A stretch of DNA of 64,000 bases from Candidatus Saccharimonadota bacterium (GCA_905372275.1 CAJPON010000001.1:23569-87568), one strand, 5' to 3'. Positions 10,791-21,298 are shown, counted from the first letter of the stretch. Notes: generated from the sequence alone by a model not told the origin. Numbers and translations: made by a program.

Positions 10791-10825
10791 TTACGCTTTC
10801 CTATTATAGCATAGCGAAATGCTTT

Positions 10826-11818
10826 TTAGATATCATCAATGGCGATATCTTTAGGTTGATCTTTTTTGACGCGGACGGCACGCTTGAAGCGGCGGTTGGC
10901 GGTTTCATCAGCAGTATGCGGAATCGGCGGCAGCGACAGTAAGCGTTCGGATTTTTCTTTGTCGTCATCGAGGCTAGAAACAGCTTCGACGAAAAATTTA
11001 TCAATTAGCCATTCGCGCCCCGGCGGAGTTTGCCCGGTGACAGTAATACGCCAGCGCTCGTCGCCCCATTTATCGATATTGGTAATTCGCAATGGGTGCG
11101 CTAGCATCATCGTGCCCTTTGGAATGGCGGCGATAATTCGGCGGATAGCAGCGACGCCGGCTCGCTTGTCGCGAACGAAAATATCAACAGCGATCGTGCG
11201 TACACCATGTGGCGTGACGCGGGCGCCAGTGATGTTTTGGTTGTGAACGGTGATGACTTCGCCATTGAGAGCGCGAATACGCGTCGAGGTCAGCGTGAAA
11301 CGCTCGACGACGCCGCTCAAGTCCGTGAATGGATCGAGCTTGACGAAATCGCCTATCTTGTACCAGTTTTCTGAAATCATAATCGCGCTAGCAGTCAGGT
11401 CGCGCAACACGATACCGATAGTTTGTCCGGCCACCAAAGCAAACATAGCACCAGCACCAATAGCGGCTAGCCCGCCGGAGGTGCTAGAATTAGCGGCGGT
11501 TGGACTGAGGATTCGCCAAGCGATATAGCCAACCGATACTACTACTAGTGTGCGAATGATGGCAATAGACACGCTCAGGTATGTTTCGGTTTGCCGCAGC
11601 CGAGTGACGCGCGCTTCGTCTGATTCATTGTCGCTGCGGCGGCCGATACGTTGTGCTATGAAAATCAAGCCGCGCGCTAGGAACTTACTTAACCAATAAG
11701 CAGCAATCATCGACAAAACTAGTACTAGCAGCGAGCGAAAAGCATTCGGCGATACTAGCAGGCTCTTTAGATCGTTAATTACCGAAGTTGATATTGCACT
11801 ATCCATGCTTACTATCAT
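10826..11818 (-). CDS. small-conductance mechanosensitive channel (MscS family)
   Basis: TM helices followed by YKIGDFV..., GVVE.FTLTSTRIR...G. Confidence 0.85.
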   Translation of the reverse strand: MIVSMDSAISTSVINDLKSLLVSPNAFRSLLVLVLSMIAAYWLSKFLARGLIFIAQRIGRRSDNESDEARVTRLRQTETYLSVSIAIIRTLVVVSVGYIAWRILSPTAANSSTSGGLAAIGAGAMFALVAGQTIGIVLRDLTASAIMISENWYKIGDFVKLDPFTDLSGVVERFTLTSTRIRALNGEVITVHNQNITGARVTPHGVRTIAVDIFVRDKRAGVAAIRRIIAAIPKGTMMLAHPLRITNIDKWGDERWRITVTGQTPPGREWLIDKFFVEAVSSLDDDKEKSERLLSLPPIPHTADETANRRFKRAVRVKKDQPKDIAIDDI

Positions 11819-11979
11819 GCACCGTTTGCAGCAAAAAATCTATATGTTTTCACGATAATTTTTCACAAAATTTTACAAAATGCTTATTTTTGTTGCAATC
11901 ATAAGCAAAAAAGCGCTATACTGTTAAATGAACAACATAAGGGAATGGTTAGGCTACGGCATGACCGAGTAGAATTTTT

Positions 11980-13206
11980 ATGAAGATATTAATGTTAGGG
12001 TGGGAACTCCCGCCGCACAACAGCGGAGGTCTCGGTGTCGCGTGTTATCACTTGTCTAAGGCGCTTGCTCAGCGGGGCGCGTCAATTGATTTCGTGCTCC
12101 CCTACACTGCAAAGTACGATGATATTGATTTCTTGAATATTTACTCGGCGACCGAGCTGCCGCCATTTCATGGCGATAAGGCGTTGAGTTCTTATGGCGG
12201 CGGCGCAGTAACGGCACGTAATCTCGATGACGTCCCGGCTGGCGATTTGACGACCATGCGGGGTGTGCAAAAGCAATATGTCGGCTATGTCGAGCAGCTA
12301 GTCGATCGGATTGATAAGCCGGATGCTATCCATGTCCACGATTGGCTAACGATGGAAGCTGGCATGCGTGCCAAACAATTAACCGACGCGCCGCTAATCG
12401 TTCATGTTCACGCTACAGAGTTTGACCGCGCTGGCGCTAGCGAGTTTGGCAATCCTGTCATTCACGAGATTGAATATAATGGTCTGATGATGGCTGACCG
12501 AATCATTGCTGTTAGCAATATTACTAAGGGAATTATCGTTCATAAATACCATATTCCAGCTGACAAAATTGAGGTCGTACACAACGCGATTGATGCTAGC
12601 TCGCTGATTAACTACGACTATGACCGGCGGACTTACAAGTACTTAGAATTGCTTAAGGATGAAGGCTATACGGTGGTGTCGACAGTGACGCGCTTTACGG
12701 CTCAGAAGGGCCTAGTGCAGCTGATGCGCGGTTTTGCCAAGGCTTGCCGGCAGCACGACCGCTTTGCATTTTTGCTAGCTGGTGACGGCGAGCAGCGCGA
12801 CGAGCTGATTCGGATTGCTGCTGACCAGGGGGTTGCTGATAAAGTATATTTCACAGGTTTTGTCCGCGGCAAGCAGTGGCGCGACGCTTATCGCGTGTCG
12901 GATGTCTTCGTGATGAGCTCAGTTAGCGAGCCGTTTGGCTTGGCTGCGCTCGAGGCGGCGCATTACGATACAGCGCTAATCGTGACTAACCAGTCTGGTG
13001 TTGGCGAAGTTATCGATACGGTTTTTCGTTATGATTTTTGGGATACGCATAAGTTGGCTGATCAGCTAGTGGCTTTGGCTAAATCGCCGCAATTGCTAAA
13101 CGATATGAAGCGCGGTATCAAGTCGGAATATGCTCGTATCAGCTGGGATGACGTTGCTAGCAAGTGCTTATCAATTTATAGCCGCACTCAGAAAGGAGCC
13201 AAATGA
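11980..13206 (+). CDS. GT4 glycosyltransferase (glycogen synthase-like)
   Basis: GWELPP..SGGLG, HDWLT, EPFGLAALEA; first gene of the glucan operon. Confidence 0.88.
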   Translation: MKILMLGWELPPHNSGGLGVACYHLSKALAQRGASIDFVLPYTAKYDDIDFLNIYSATELPPFHGDKALSSYGGGAVTARNLDDVPAGDLTTMRGVQKQYVGYVEQLVDRIDKPDAIHVHDWLTMEAGMRAKQLTDAPLIVHVHATEFDRAGASEFGNPVIHEIEYNGLMMADRIIAVSNITKGIIVHKYHIPADKIEVVHNAIDASSLINYDYDRRTYKYLELLKDEGYTVVSTVTRFTAQKGLVQLMRGFAKACRQHDRFAFLLAGDGEQRDELIRIAADQGVADKVYFTGFVRGKQWRDAYRVSDVFVMSSVSEPFGLAALEAAHYDTALIVTNQSGVGEVIDTVFRYDFWDTHKLADQLVALAKSPQLLNDMKRGIKSEYARISWDDVASKCLSIYSRTQKGAK

Positions 13207-14429
13207 TGAGCAAAAAACGCGGAGTGGTTTTGTATCTGCATATGCATCAACCGTGGCGCGTACGCGAATATTCGGTGTTTGATATCGCGGATCGGCATGA
13301 TTATTTCGATAATTTCGATGATAAATATAGCAGCAACCGCTTTATTTTTGAGAAAGTTGCCGATAAGTCGTACCGGCCGATGCTGGCATTGCTGCGCAAA
13401 TTACTGGCTGCGTATCCAGATTTTTGCGTGTCGCTATCGGTGACTGGTACATTGTTAGACCAGGCTGAGCGCTGGGCGCCAGACGTGATCGATTTGCTGC
13501 GCGATATTATCGCAACTGGCCGCGTCGAAATCGTCGGCGAAACTTATTACCATAGCTTGGCGTTTTTCTATAGCCGCGATGAATTTCAGCGGCAAGTTGA
13601 TATTCATCGCCAAAAGATTCACGATCTGTTTGGCGTCGAAATCACTGCTTTTCGCAACACCGAGCTGAGTTACAATAACGAGCTAGCCGAATGGGCCGAC
13701 CAGCAAGGCTACAAAGGTATTATCGCTGAGGGCTGGGATAAAGTTCTCGGTTGGCGCAACGCTAATTATATGTACCGGCCAGCTGGCACGAAAAATGTCA
13801 AATTATTGTTGAAAAATTACCGTTTGAGCGATGATATCGCTTTTCGCTTTAGCAATCGCGATTGGGAATCGTATCCGCTAACTTCCCCGACTTATGTCGA
13901 TTGGGTTGACGCAAGTATGGGTCACGACGGCGAAATAATTAACTTATTTATGGATTTCGAGACTTTTGGTGAAAATATTTGGGCGGACACAGGCATTTTC
14001 GAGTTCTTTGCTGATTTTGTTGAGCGTTGGCTGGGGCGTTACAACCATACTTTTTACACGATTAGCGGCGCCTGTCAAGCGCTAGAAGCGCACGACGAGA
14101 TTGACTGCCCGCAGACGACTACTTGGGCTGATACCGAGCGCGACTTGTCAGCGTGGCTAGGCAATAGTATGCAACACGAAGCAATGCGCGACCTCTACGC
14201 TATGGAAAATGACGTGCTTGGTTCGGGTGATCTTGGCTTGATTGCTGACTGGCGGCAGTTGACGACCAGCGACCATCCGTACTACATGTGTACTAAGTAC
14301 TTTAATGACGGCGACGTGCATGCGTATTTTAGTCCGTATGATTCGCCGTACGACGCGTTCTTGTATTTCATGAATGCGCTGCGCGATGTGCGCTACCGAT
14401 TGCATGAACATAATATTGCGGGGTATTGA
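13203..14429 (+). CDS. GH57 alpha-amylase-like glycoside hydrolase
   Basis: HMHQP, ETYYHSL, NTEL, MDFETFGE, SDH.YYM. Confidence 0.92.
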   Translation: MMSKKRGVVLYLHMHQPWRVREYSVFDIADRHDYFDNFDDKYSSNRFIFEKVADKSYRPMLALLRKLLAAYPDFCVSLSVTGTLLDQAERWAPDVIDLLRDIIATGRVEIVGETYYHSLAFFYSRDEFQRQVDIHRQKIHDLFGVEITAFRNTELSYNNELAEWADQQGYKGIIAEGWDKVLGWRNANYMYRPAGTKNVKLLLKNYRLSDDIAFRFSNRDWESYPLTSPTYVDWVDASMGHDGEIINLFMDFETFGENIWADTGIFEFFADFVERWLGRYNHTFYTISGACQALEAHDEIDCPQTTTWADTERDLSAWLGNSMQHEAMRDLYAMENDVLGSGDLGLIADWRQLTTSDHPYYMCTKYFNDGDVHAYFSPYDSPYDAFLYFMNALRDVRYRLHEHNIAGY

Positions 14430-16369
14430 TGGCGCGACCGATAATTCTTAGCAATAACGAACTGCAAGTTGGACTGAGCCGTCATGGCGAGGTTAGTGAT
14501 GTTTATTTCCCTTACGTTGGTTTAGAAAACCATACGATTGGCGGCAATACTCGGCATCGTGTCGGTGTCTGGGCGGATGGCCGCGTATCGTGGCTGAGCG
14601 ACGATGACTGGTCATGTAAATTTAGTTATCACCACGAGGCGCTGATCGGCCATATTGTGGCTGTGAATGAACAAATTGGCATTATGTTAGAGTTCGACGA
14701 CGCTGTCGATACAGATTTTAACGTGCTTCTGCGGACGATTCATGTGGTTAATTTGCAGCCTGAAACGCGCGATGTTCGGTTATTCATGCATCAGGCCTTC
14801 ATCATTGGCGATTCTGGTAGTAGTACTGACACTGTTCAGGTTTTACCAGACGATAACGCTGTCATTCATTACCGTGGACGCCGAGTTTTTGCGGCGTCGG
14901 GCCAAATTGACGGCGGCAGGTTCTTTGACCAATATGCAGTTGGCGTATTTGGCCGCGAGGGCCGCGAAGGTACTTATCGCGATGCTGATGATGGCGAGCT
15001 ATCGAATTCGACTGCCGAGCATGGTCGCGTCGACTCGACGATCCGCTTCAAATTAGAGTTGGCTGGCCACGGTTCGGCGCGGGTAAACTATTGGCTAGCT
15101 GCTGGTACTTCCTTGCGCGAAGTACTTTACATACACAAAAATATTATTTCGCAAACAATCCATAAGCGCTTTGAAGCTACTGCTAAATGGTGGCGGCTGT
15201 GGTTACGTCCGGCGAAGAAAGTGGCGCAGCGTGTCAAACCGGAATATCGCCAGGCGTTTATCAATAGTACGATGCTTCTCAAGGCGCATATTGATAAGCG
15301 CGGTGCAGTTATTGCTAGCAGCGATGGCGAGGCGCTTAATTATCAGCGCGATGCCTACGCGTACTGCTGGCCGCGTGATAGCGTGTATGTTCTCTGGCCG
15401 TTAATTCGCATGGGCTATACCGAGGAAGCTTATAATTTCTTTGATTTTTGCCGCCGGGCGTTAAGTCCGAAAGGTTATCTATCGCATAAATACCGCGCCG
15501 ACGGCGCTCTGGGTAGCAGTTGGCATTCGTACGTGCATCCAGATGGCACTGTTTCGGCGCCAATTCAAGAGGACGAGACGGCTTCGGTGCTGTTCTTATT
15601 CTGTCAATTTTATAATAAGACTGGCGACGACACGCTGCTGCAGCGGTTCTATACGTCGATGGTAGTGCCGATGGCGAATTTTCTGGCCAGCTATGTTGAC
15701 AATCGGACACACCTACCAAAACCAAGTTATGATCTCTGGGAAGAGCATTTCATGGTGACGACGTACACGACAGCGACCGTTCAAGCGGCACTGTTCGCGG
15801 CGGCTAATCTGGCTGATCGGCGCCGAGACGAGGTTGGAGCTGTTGCTTGGCGGACGGTTGCCGAGGATATCAAACAGTCCGCGCAAAAACGCTTGTACGA
15901 TCCTCATCAGAAAGATTTCCGCAAAGGTTTGCGCCGCAACAAAAACGGCACTTACACGCCCGATGATACGCTTGATATGTCGGCTGTTTATGGCGCTTTT
16001 ATTTATGGCCTATACGATAATCAAGAAGATTTGCATCAAGCCGTACAAACAGCTCTCGACCGCTTTCATTTCAAGCTGGAAGCGCCAGGTTTGCCGCGCT
16101 ATGAGGATGACGCCTATTACCGCAGCGCTCCAGATGCTCCGAGTAACTGGTGGTTTATTGTTTCGTTGTGGCTAGCTCAGTATTATTTGGAGTGCGGCGA
16201 CGAAAATTCGGCGCAGCAGATAATTTCGTGGGTGGCTAGCAAAGCTTGGCCGACGGGTGTTTTATCCGAGCAGATTGATCCGGTTTCGGGGCGCGAATGC
16301 TCGGTAGCGCCGCTTTGTTGGAGCCAGGCTGAATTTATATCGACGATTCTTGACACAATAAAAAGATGA
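14426..16369 (+). CDS. GH15 glucoamylase-like glycoside hydrolase
   Basis: YCWPRD, QEDET, DLWEE, LSEQ, PLCWS. Confidence 0.9.
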   Translation: MMARPIILSNNELQVGLSRHGEVSDVYFPYVGLENHTIGGNTRHRVGVWADGRVSWLSDDDWSCKFSYHHEALIGHIVAVNEQIGIMLEFDDAVDTDFNVLLRTIHVVNLQPETRDVRLFMHQAFIIGDSGSSTDTVQVLPDDNAVIHYRGRRVFAASGQIDGGRFFDQYAVGVFGREGREGTYRDADDGELSNSTAEHGRVDSTIRFKLELAGHGSARVNYWLAAGTSLREVLYIHKNIISQTIHKRFEATAKWWRLWLRPAKKVAQRVKPEYRQAFINSTMLLKAHIDKRGAVIASSDGEALNYQRDAYAYCWPRDSVYVLWPLIRMGYTEEAYNFFDFCRRALSPKGYLSHKYRADGALGSSWHSYVHPDGTVSAPIQEDETASVLFLFCQFYNKTGDDTLLQRFYTSMVVPMANFLASYVDNRTHLPKPSYDLWEEHFMVTTYTTATVQAALFAAANLADRRRDEVGAVAWRTVAEDIKQSAQKRLYDPHQKDFRKGLRRNKNGTYTPDDTLDMSAVYGAFIYGLYDNQEDLHQAVQTALDRFHFKLEAPGLPRYEDDAYYRSAPDAPSNWWFIVSLWLAQYYLECGDENSAQQIISWVASKAWPTGVLSEQIDPVSGRECSVAPLCWSQAEFISTILDTIKR

Positions 16370-16379
16370 GGATAACAGG

Positions 16380-17099
16380 GTGGGAGTCAGTTCGAGAACA
16401 AAATTGAAAGTATCTAGAGCTCTTCGCCGGCTTACGCCGCGGCATATTGCTAAGACTCGCGCTACGCGCCAAGCAATGCGCCGCTTCGCAGATCGCGCTG
16501 GCTTGGTATATTTTGGTTACACTAATCAGCATGACGACGACCATCGCTTGGTGCGCGGCCATACGGTTTCGCACACGCATATCGATGATTATCTTTGCAT
16601 AGGTACAATTCGCGGCTACGATACGACAGTTCTGCAGCGGCGCGACACTATTCGCGTCCGCCAGGGTCAGTCGCACAAGTATAAGAATCAACGCTGCCAT
16701 TGGCTAATCGCTACTGTCGATTTACACACTGAACGTCCGCTGCCACACATTTATATTGGCATGAAACGGACAGATCCGATTTATCAAGCGTCGTACAGTG
16801 CTCTACAGCCGCTAATTTTGGGGGCTACAGCGCGCTACCTGCAGGCTTTTCTTAATAAATATAATATTTATGGTGCTGCTACTCGAGCTATAGAGATTGA
16901 GTCAATTATATCGCCGCAGGCTGCCGAAGTAATAGTTTCGCATTTCGACAAAATTAATATTGAAATCGAGCGCAACACAGTGTATCTATATACCGAAAAC
17001 GAGCGTCCAACCGAGGCGCAAATCGAAAAGCTAGTCTCGAACGCATTGTGGCTAGCCGAGGTAATTGATACCGCCGTACAGCAAAACAGCCCTCGCTAG
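16380..17099 (+). CDS. hypothetical protein
   Basis: 239-aa ORF contiguous with the operon. Confidence 0.7.
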   Translation: MGVSSRTKLKVSRALRRLTPRHIAKTRATRQAMRRFADRAGLVYFGYTNQHDDDHRLVRGHTVSHTHIDDYLCIGTIRGYDTTVLQRRDTIRVRQGQSHKYKNQRCHWLIATVDLHTERPLPHIYIGMKRTDPIYQASYSALQPLILGATARYLQAFLNKYNIYGAATRAIEIESIISPQAAEVIVSHFDKINIEIERNTVYLYTENERPTEAQIEKLVSNALWLAEVIDTAVQQNSPR

Positions 17100-17132
17100 A
17101 GGGCCGCTGGCTTGCCTAGAAAGGCTGCTATT

Positions 17133-17345
17133 TTAGCCTTTGCGCGGTTTAACTTCGTTACGGCCGAGTGATTTTTTGGTATTCTCGACGTATTTGACAT
17201 GCTTACGCAGTTTTGGGTCGTATTTACTCAGAGTTATTTTATTTGGCGTATTTGCCGTGTTTTTGCTCGTAACATAAGTGCGGTGGTTGCTTAGTTGGCT
17301 GACGAGTGCAATAGTCTTGCGCTTAGTATTATTCTTCTTTGCCAT
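17133..17345 (-). CDS. rpmG: 50S ribosomal protein L33
   Basis: Y.TSKN..NTP.K..L.KYDP.LRKHV.Y.E. Confidence 0.92.
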   Translation of the reverse strand: MAKKNNTKRKTIALVSQLSNHRTYVTSKNTANTPNKITLSKYDPKLRKHVKYVENTKKSLGRNEVKPRKG

Positions 17346-17499
17346 AACTTCCCTTTAATGTTGTTATAAAACTTCAGTAATCAAGTATAACAGATTGGTG
17401 CAGCAATTTCAAGCTAGATATGTTATTATCGCCGACTCATAATTTTCTAGCGTAAATTTGCAGAAAGAGTTGTTTTAGTGCGGCTTGGTACTGTGCTGC

Positions 17500-18027
17500 T
17501 CATCTCAAAACATGTTGTTGCAGCCAGCAATACATCGCCACAGTTGCTGCCGCGCCGACATTGATGGAGCGGGTCGAACCAAACTGTTCAATGGCAATAA
17601 TTTTGTCTGCCGCCTGTGTCATCTCCTCGGAAATTCCTGGGCCCTCTTGACCAAACACCAACACCGCGCGCTTTGGCAAGCTCGTCTCTGACATATTGAC
17701 GCTGCCCGGGATATTGTCAATCGCGATGATTGTCTTACTCTCAGCCCGCATCAACCGTACAAACTCCGCTGTCGAGCCAGCGTAATGCACGTGCAAATAT
17801 TTATCCGTCATCATAGCACCGCGCTTGTTCCATTGCCGCCTGCCAATGACATAAATCTGCCGCACACCAAACGCATTGGCGCTCCTGACGATCGTCCCCA
17901 TATTAAAGTCCCGCTCGGTGTTCTCCAGAGCAATCACCAAGCCGTGATCCTTGCCGTCCAACTCTTTTACAATCTCTGCCTCGCTCCGGCCTTTGAACTT
18001 ATCGATTACATTCCGCGTGTCTTCCAT
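17500..18027 (-). CDS. TrmH/SpoU RNA methyltransferase
   Basis: NMGTIVRSA, FGQEGPG, SINVGAA; start set at MEDTR. Confidence 0.9.
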   Translation of the reverse strand: MEDTRNVIDKFKGRSEAEIVKELDGKDHGLVIALENTERDFNMGTIVRSANAFGVRQIYVIGRRQWNKRGAMMTDKYLHVHYAGSTAEFVRLMRAESKTIIAIDNIPGSVNMSETSLPKRAVLVFGQEGPGISEEMTQAADKIIAIEQFGSTRSINVGAAATVAMYCWLQQHVLR

Positions 18028-18121
18028 GTATGTTATTTTAGCAAATATTAAGCTAGCGGGACCGGCTGGCATAAGTCTGCTCGTCGTTGGTTTAATAACA
18101 CCTGAAAAAGGAAGCGCGGCA

Positions 18122-18799
18122 TTATCGCCAACGCACAATTTCGTCGAGCTGGCGGCGAGTTTTGGCTGGCACCTCGCGCTGGCTACGGTAACCTAGCGCC
18201 AGCATTACCACTGGCTTTTCTAGATCTGGGTCTATTAGCTGGTGCTGTGACAAGACCTGGCTGAGCTTGCTAATCGAAAAGCCTTCAATCGGGCACGAGT
18301 CAATCCTGCGCCCAGCGGCGGCCAGCAGCACAAAGCCTAGCGCAATGTAAGCCTGCCGCGCCGCCCACTGATGAATCATTGCTGGTTGATTGAGTATCTC
18401 GAAATCTTTTTTGGCCCAATATCGCCAAAAAGTCTTGAAGCCGGCGGCCTTGATGGAATTTTGCTTCTTGACATCGTGCAGCATATGGTCGATATGTCCG
18501 CCTTTTTGCAACAAGCCTTCGCTGGTTTTGGCGGTAAATATCAAGATGTGGCTGGCGTCAAAACGAGCAGCGTTGGCGCCTGCGCAGCGTTTGACATCGG
18601 CGCGTAGCTGTTCGTCTTCCTGCACGACGATAATATTCCACGGTTCAAAACCGTACGAACTTGGCGCTAGGCGGGCGGCTTCTAGGAGCAGTTCGATATT
18701 CTCTTGCGAGATTTTCTTGCTAGAGTCGAAAGCTTTGGTGGCGTAGCGAAATTCGAGCGCTTGCTTGATGTCGTCTATCGATATGATTGGCTTATTCAT
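18122..18799 (-). CDS. nitroreductase family protein
   Basis: RYATKAFD, APSSYGFEPW, DSCPIEGF, LALGY. Confidence 0.92.
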   Translation of the reverse strand: MNKPIISIDDIKQALEFRYATKAFDSSKKISQENIELLLEAARLAPSSYGFEPWNIIVVQEDEQLRADVKRCAGANAARFDASHILIFTAKTSEGLLQKGGHIDHMLHDVKKQNSIKAAGFKTFWRYWAKKDFEILNQPAMIHQWAARQAYIALGFVLLAAAGRRIDSCPIEGFSISKLSQVLSQHQLIDPDLEKPVVMLALGYRSQREVPAKTRRQLDEIVRWR

Positions 18800-18847
18800 T
18801 TCATCGTCCCCTCTTTAGCCGCCAAAATCTTGTTGGCGCAGATTAGC

Positions 18848-19444
18848 TTATATATACGATTTTAGCACTTCCCTAACTATCTTGAAAACTTGATAGTGTC
18901 CTAACGGCGAAAAATGCAAACCGTCTGATAGCGGTAATTTAGGCAGCTCGATGTAATTGCCAAGTTCGTTTTTGCGCTGCAGCATTTTTTGGCGAAGCTG
19001 TTCGGACGCGTCGGTAAACTCATACCCCGAATTGTCGCTAGTGTCAAAACACGGCGGCAAAATGTAGATAATTGGAGTCTCGCCGGCGAGATTGCGATAT
19101 TCTAATAAGTCACGAACTATTTCCTCAGGTGTTCGCGCGAAACGCTGTTGCAAATCGTTAGTGCCGAGGGCGATAATGATTAAGTCGAAGTTATCGGCCT
19201 TTTGTAGAGCTGTCGTAAATGTCGACAAGCCATTCTTATGCGGCTTATCGGTGCGGAAATCGCCAGCAACTCTGCCGCGGACGCCGTCAGCAGTGACGTG
19301 CGCTTTACCGCGCAAAACTCGGCCGAGGCGGTTAACCCAACGATCACTGTAGTGGATACGCTTGCTAGCAAAGTTAGCGCCCCAGACGTTTGAATCGCCG
19401 TAGATTAGAATGCGTTTTGCGGCTGGCACTTGTTTCTTACTCAA
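18848..19444 (-). CDS. SGNH/GDSL hydrolase
   Basis: GDSN, LGTND, DGLH blocks. Confidence 0.88.
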   Translation of the reverse strand: MSKKQVPAAKRILIYGDSNVWGANFASKRIHYSDRWVNRLGRVLRGKAHVTADGVRGRVAGDFRTDKPHKNGLSTFTTALQKADNFDLIIIALGTNDLQQRFARTPEEIVRDLLEYRNLAGETPIIYILPPCFDTSDNSGYEFTDASEQLRQKMLQRKNELGNYIELPKLPLSDGLHFSPLGHYQVFKIVREVLKSYI

Positions 19445-20141
19445 GTTTGCTCGCTTTCTTTTTCTTTAATATAACGGCTTGCTCTTCGGGCGTAAATCGC
19501 TGCGATTCGCGCATTTTTTGGTAAGCTTTGTTGCGCGTCCAAGTGTCGATATGCTCGTTTTCTAATTCCGCCAGCGTCAGCTCAAAAAAGTGTACCGCCG
19601 CCGTCGCATACAGCCAGGCCAATGCCATTTTGACGTAATAACCGTCGTGTTTAACGTTTCGCAGCACTGCGAAAACCTGGTCAATATGTGCTTCATCCAG
19701 GAAATTAGTCATCAAAGAAATTATGCCATAACGCACCGTGAACTCGGCTTTATTCTGCAAACACTCCAGTGCAAAATCCCACCAAATATCGCCAGCGAAC
19801 CGCCGCTTTTTCTCGACAAATATATCAATGTGCGCCCACGAATCAACGCGCGGCAAATATTGCTTAACTAGATCAATCGCCACCAAATCATCGAGCCGAG
19901 CGTGCGTAATCAACAGTCCGCATAGCAGCACGTAGTCAAATGATTTGTTCTTGGCCGTTAGTAGTTTGCTGATGTCCGCTGCACTCATATCAGGCGCCAA
20001 TTCCCTCGCAAACCGCCGCAAATCCGGCACGCGCACGCCGATGACCGGCATCTTGGTGTTGACGATACGCTGGTTAAAGACAGCGTAGGATTCGTTGCCT
20101 TGGGATAGTGCATTCAACTGAGTGATAATTTGGTCATGCAT
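19437..20141 (-). CDS. DNA alkylation repair protein (AlkD-like)
   Basis: GVRVPDLR, DSWAHID, YYVKMALAW. Confidence 0.85.
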   Translation of the reverse strand: MHDQIITQLNALSQGNESYAVFNQRIVNTKMPVIGVRVPDLRRFARELAPDMSAADISKLLTAKNKSFDYVLLCGLLITHARLDDLVAIDLVKQYLPRVDSWAHIDIFVEKKRRFAGDIWWDFALECLQNKAEFTVRYGIISLMTNFLDEAHIDQVFAVLRNVKHDGYYVKMALAWLYATAAVHFFELTLAELENEHIDTWTRNKAYQKMRESQRFTPEEQAVILKKKKASKLE

Positions 20142-20310
20142 ACTTACATCTCTCAGAATTTATAACAGAGCGATTCTTTCGAATTCTCTGACTTTTATTC
20201 TAGCAAACCCCTAGGCATAAAACCAATCGGCTCGTTATTATAAGCAAGCCTGCCGCTGCGCAAATTTTACGGCGACTTCTCGAATATAAAATGATATAAT
20301 ACCAGCATAA

Positions 20311-20481
20311 ATGGAAATATTACTAATTATATTAGTACTGCTTGCCCTGCTCGCAATTGCCAGCAGACGTCAACCCGCGGAATCCGCGCACAATATCAGC
20401 AGCCAGGACGAACAGAAAAAACAAGAAGAAACCGACGAGCTGATCACGGTGATTTTGCCGACGATAAACAATGACAAATAA
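20311..20481 (+). CDS. small membrane protein (56 aa, not in ORF track)
   Basis: MEILLIILVLLALLAIASRR...VILPTINNDK; TGATATAAT just upstream. Confidence 0.6.
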   Translation: MEILLIILVLLALLAIASRRQPAESAHNISSQDEQKKQEETDELITVILPTINNDK

Positions 20482-20523
20482 ACAAAAAAGACGGCAACAC
20501 CGTCAAATTTTGGGGTCTAATCT

Positions 20524-20599
20524 TGGAGCCACGATCGGGGCTTGAACCCGAGACCTCATCCTTACCATGGATGCGCTCTACCAACTGAGCTATCGCGGC
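20524..20599 (-). tRNA. tRNA-Thr(GGT)
   Basis: Cloverleaf GCCGCGA...ATGGTAA...GGTTCAAGCCC...CCA. Confidence 0.95.
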
Positions 20600-20644
20600 A
20601 TGAAAGCCTACTAATTCTAACATATTTGCCGCGGTCGAGGCAAG

Positions 20645-20932
20645 CTACTTCTGGCGGCGGGTCTTCTTGTTGGTCGTCGATTCGGGTTTTGGCAGGTTCG
20701 GCGCTACGAACGCTTCCAATAGTGCCCAGGCGATACCGTTTACCAAGTAAACTACTGCGAATCCGGCAGCAATCATCGCGGACAAACGGCTTTGCGGTAC
20801 ATTCAGGAGTGTCAGCAATCCAGCTAGAACCAGCCCGATGAAAACTACTGTTAGATAAGCTTGCTGTAATTTGCGGCGCTGATCCTTTTGGTGGCTCCAA
20901 CTGCTCAGCGACTGCTTAATAAACTCGTACAT
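20645..20932 (-). CDS. small two-TM hypothetical protein
   Basis: MYEFIK start 7 nt after TGCTATAAT; two hydrophobic helices. Confidence 0.65.
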   Translation of the reverse strand: MYEFIKQSLSSWSHQKDQRRKLQQAYLTVVFIGLVLAGLLTLLNVPQSRLSAMIAAGFAVVYLVNGIAWALLEAFVAPNLPKPESTTNKKTRRQK

Positions 20933-21011
20933 ACTATATATTATAGCATATACACTGTATAAAGTCAATAAAAACCGCCCGCGAGTAGCGGACGGCCTAA
21001 AATTCTACGCA

Positions 21012-21096
21012 TGGTACCGGAGGTAGGACTCGAACCTACGAAGCTAAAAAGCGGGAGATTTACAGTCTCCTGTCATTGCCACTAGACGACTCCGGC
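21012..21096 (-). tRNA. tRNA-Tyr(GTA)
   Basis: Cloverleaf with long variable arm, CTGTAAA anticodon loop, CCA end. Confidence 0.95.
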
Positions 21097-21104
21097 ATGA
21101 ATTA

Positions 21105-21181
21105 TGGAGCCGACTCTCGGACTCGAACCGAGGACCTGCTGTTTACAAAACAGCTGCTCTAGCCAGCTGAGCTAAGTCGGC
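21105..21181 (-). tRNA. tRNA-Thr(TGT), prophage integration target
   Basis: Cloverleaf GCCGACT...TTTGTAA...GGTTCGAGTCC...CCA; 5' half duplicated at 57114-57155. Confidence 0.95.
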
Positions 21182-21182
21182 A
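21141..21182. repeat. att core, left copy (42 bp)
   Basis: gtttacaaaacagctgctctagccagctgagctaagtcggca, identical to 57114-57155. Confidence 0.95.
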
Positions 21183-21267
21183 CGATAACTAAATCTATTA
21201 GTATACTCAATGTGATAACTATTGATTTGTAATGTTCTGCGTGGGCGCCAGCCCTAACATGGCTCTT

Positions 21268-21296
21268 AGTGTAACAAATAAATGCGCTTATGTCAA
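21268..21296 (-). promoter_or_regulatory. phage-supplied sigma70-like promoter facing the tRNA-Thr/Tyr pair
   Basis: TTGACA-17 nt-TACACT with TG extension, between integrase stop and att. Confidence 0.75.
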
Positions 21297-21298
21297 TA

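Noticed and set aside
11980..16369. GT4-GH57-GH15 cluster as a novel system
   Set aside because: Recognisable glycogen/starch module, already known in CPR and other bacteria
20542..20900. ORFs 20542-20841(+) and 20562-20900(-)
   Set aside because: Overlap tRNA-Thr(GGT) and a better membrane ORF
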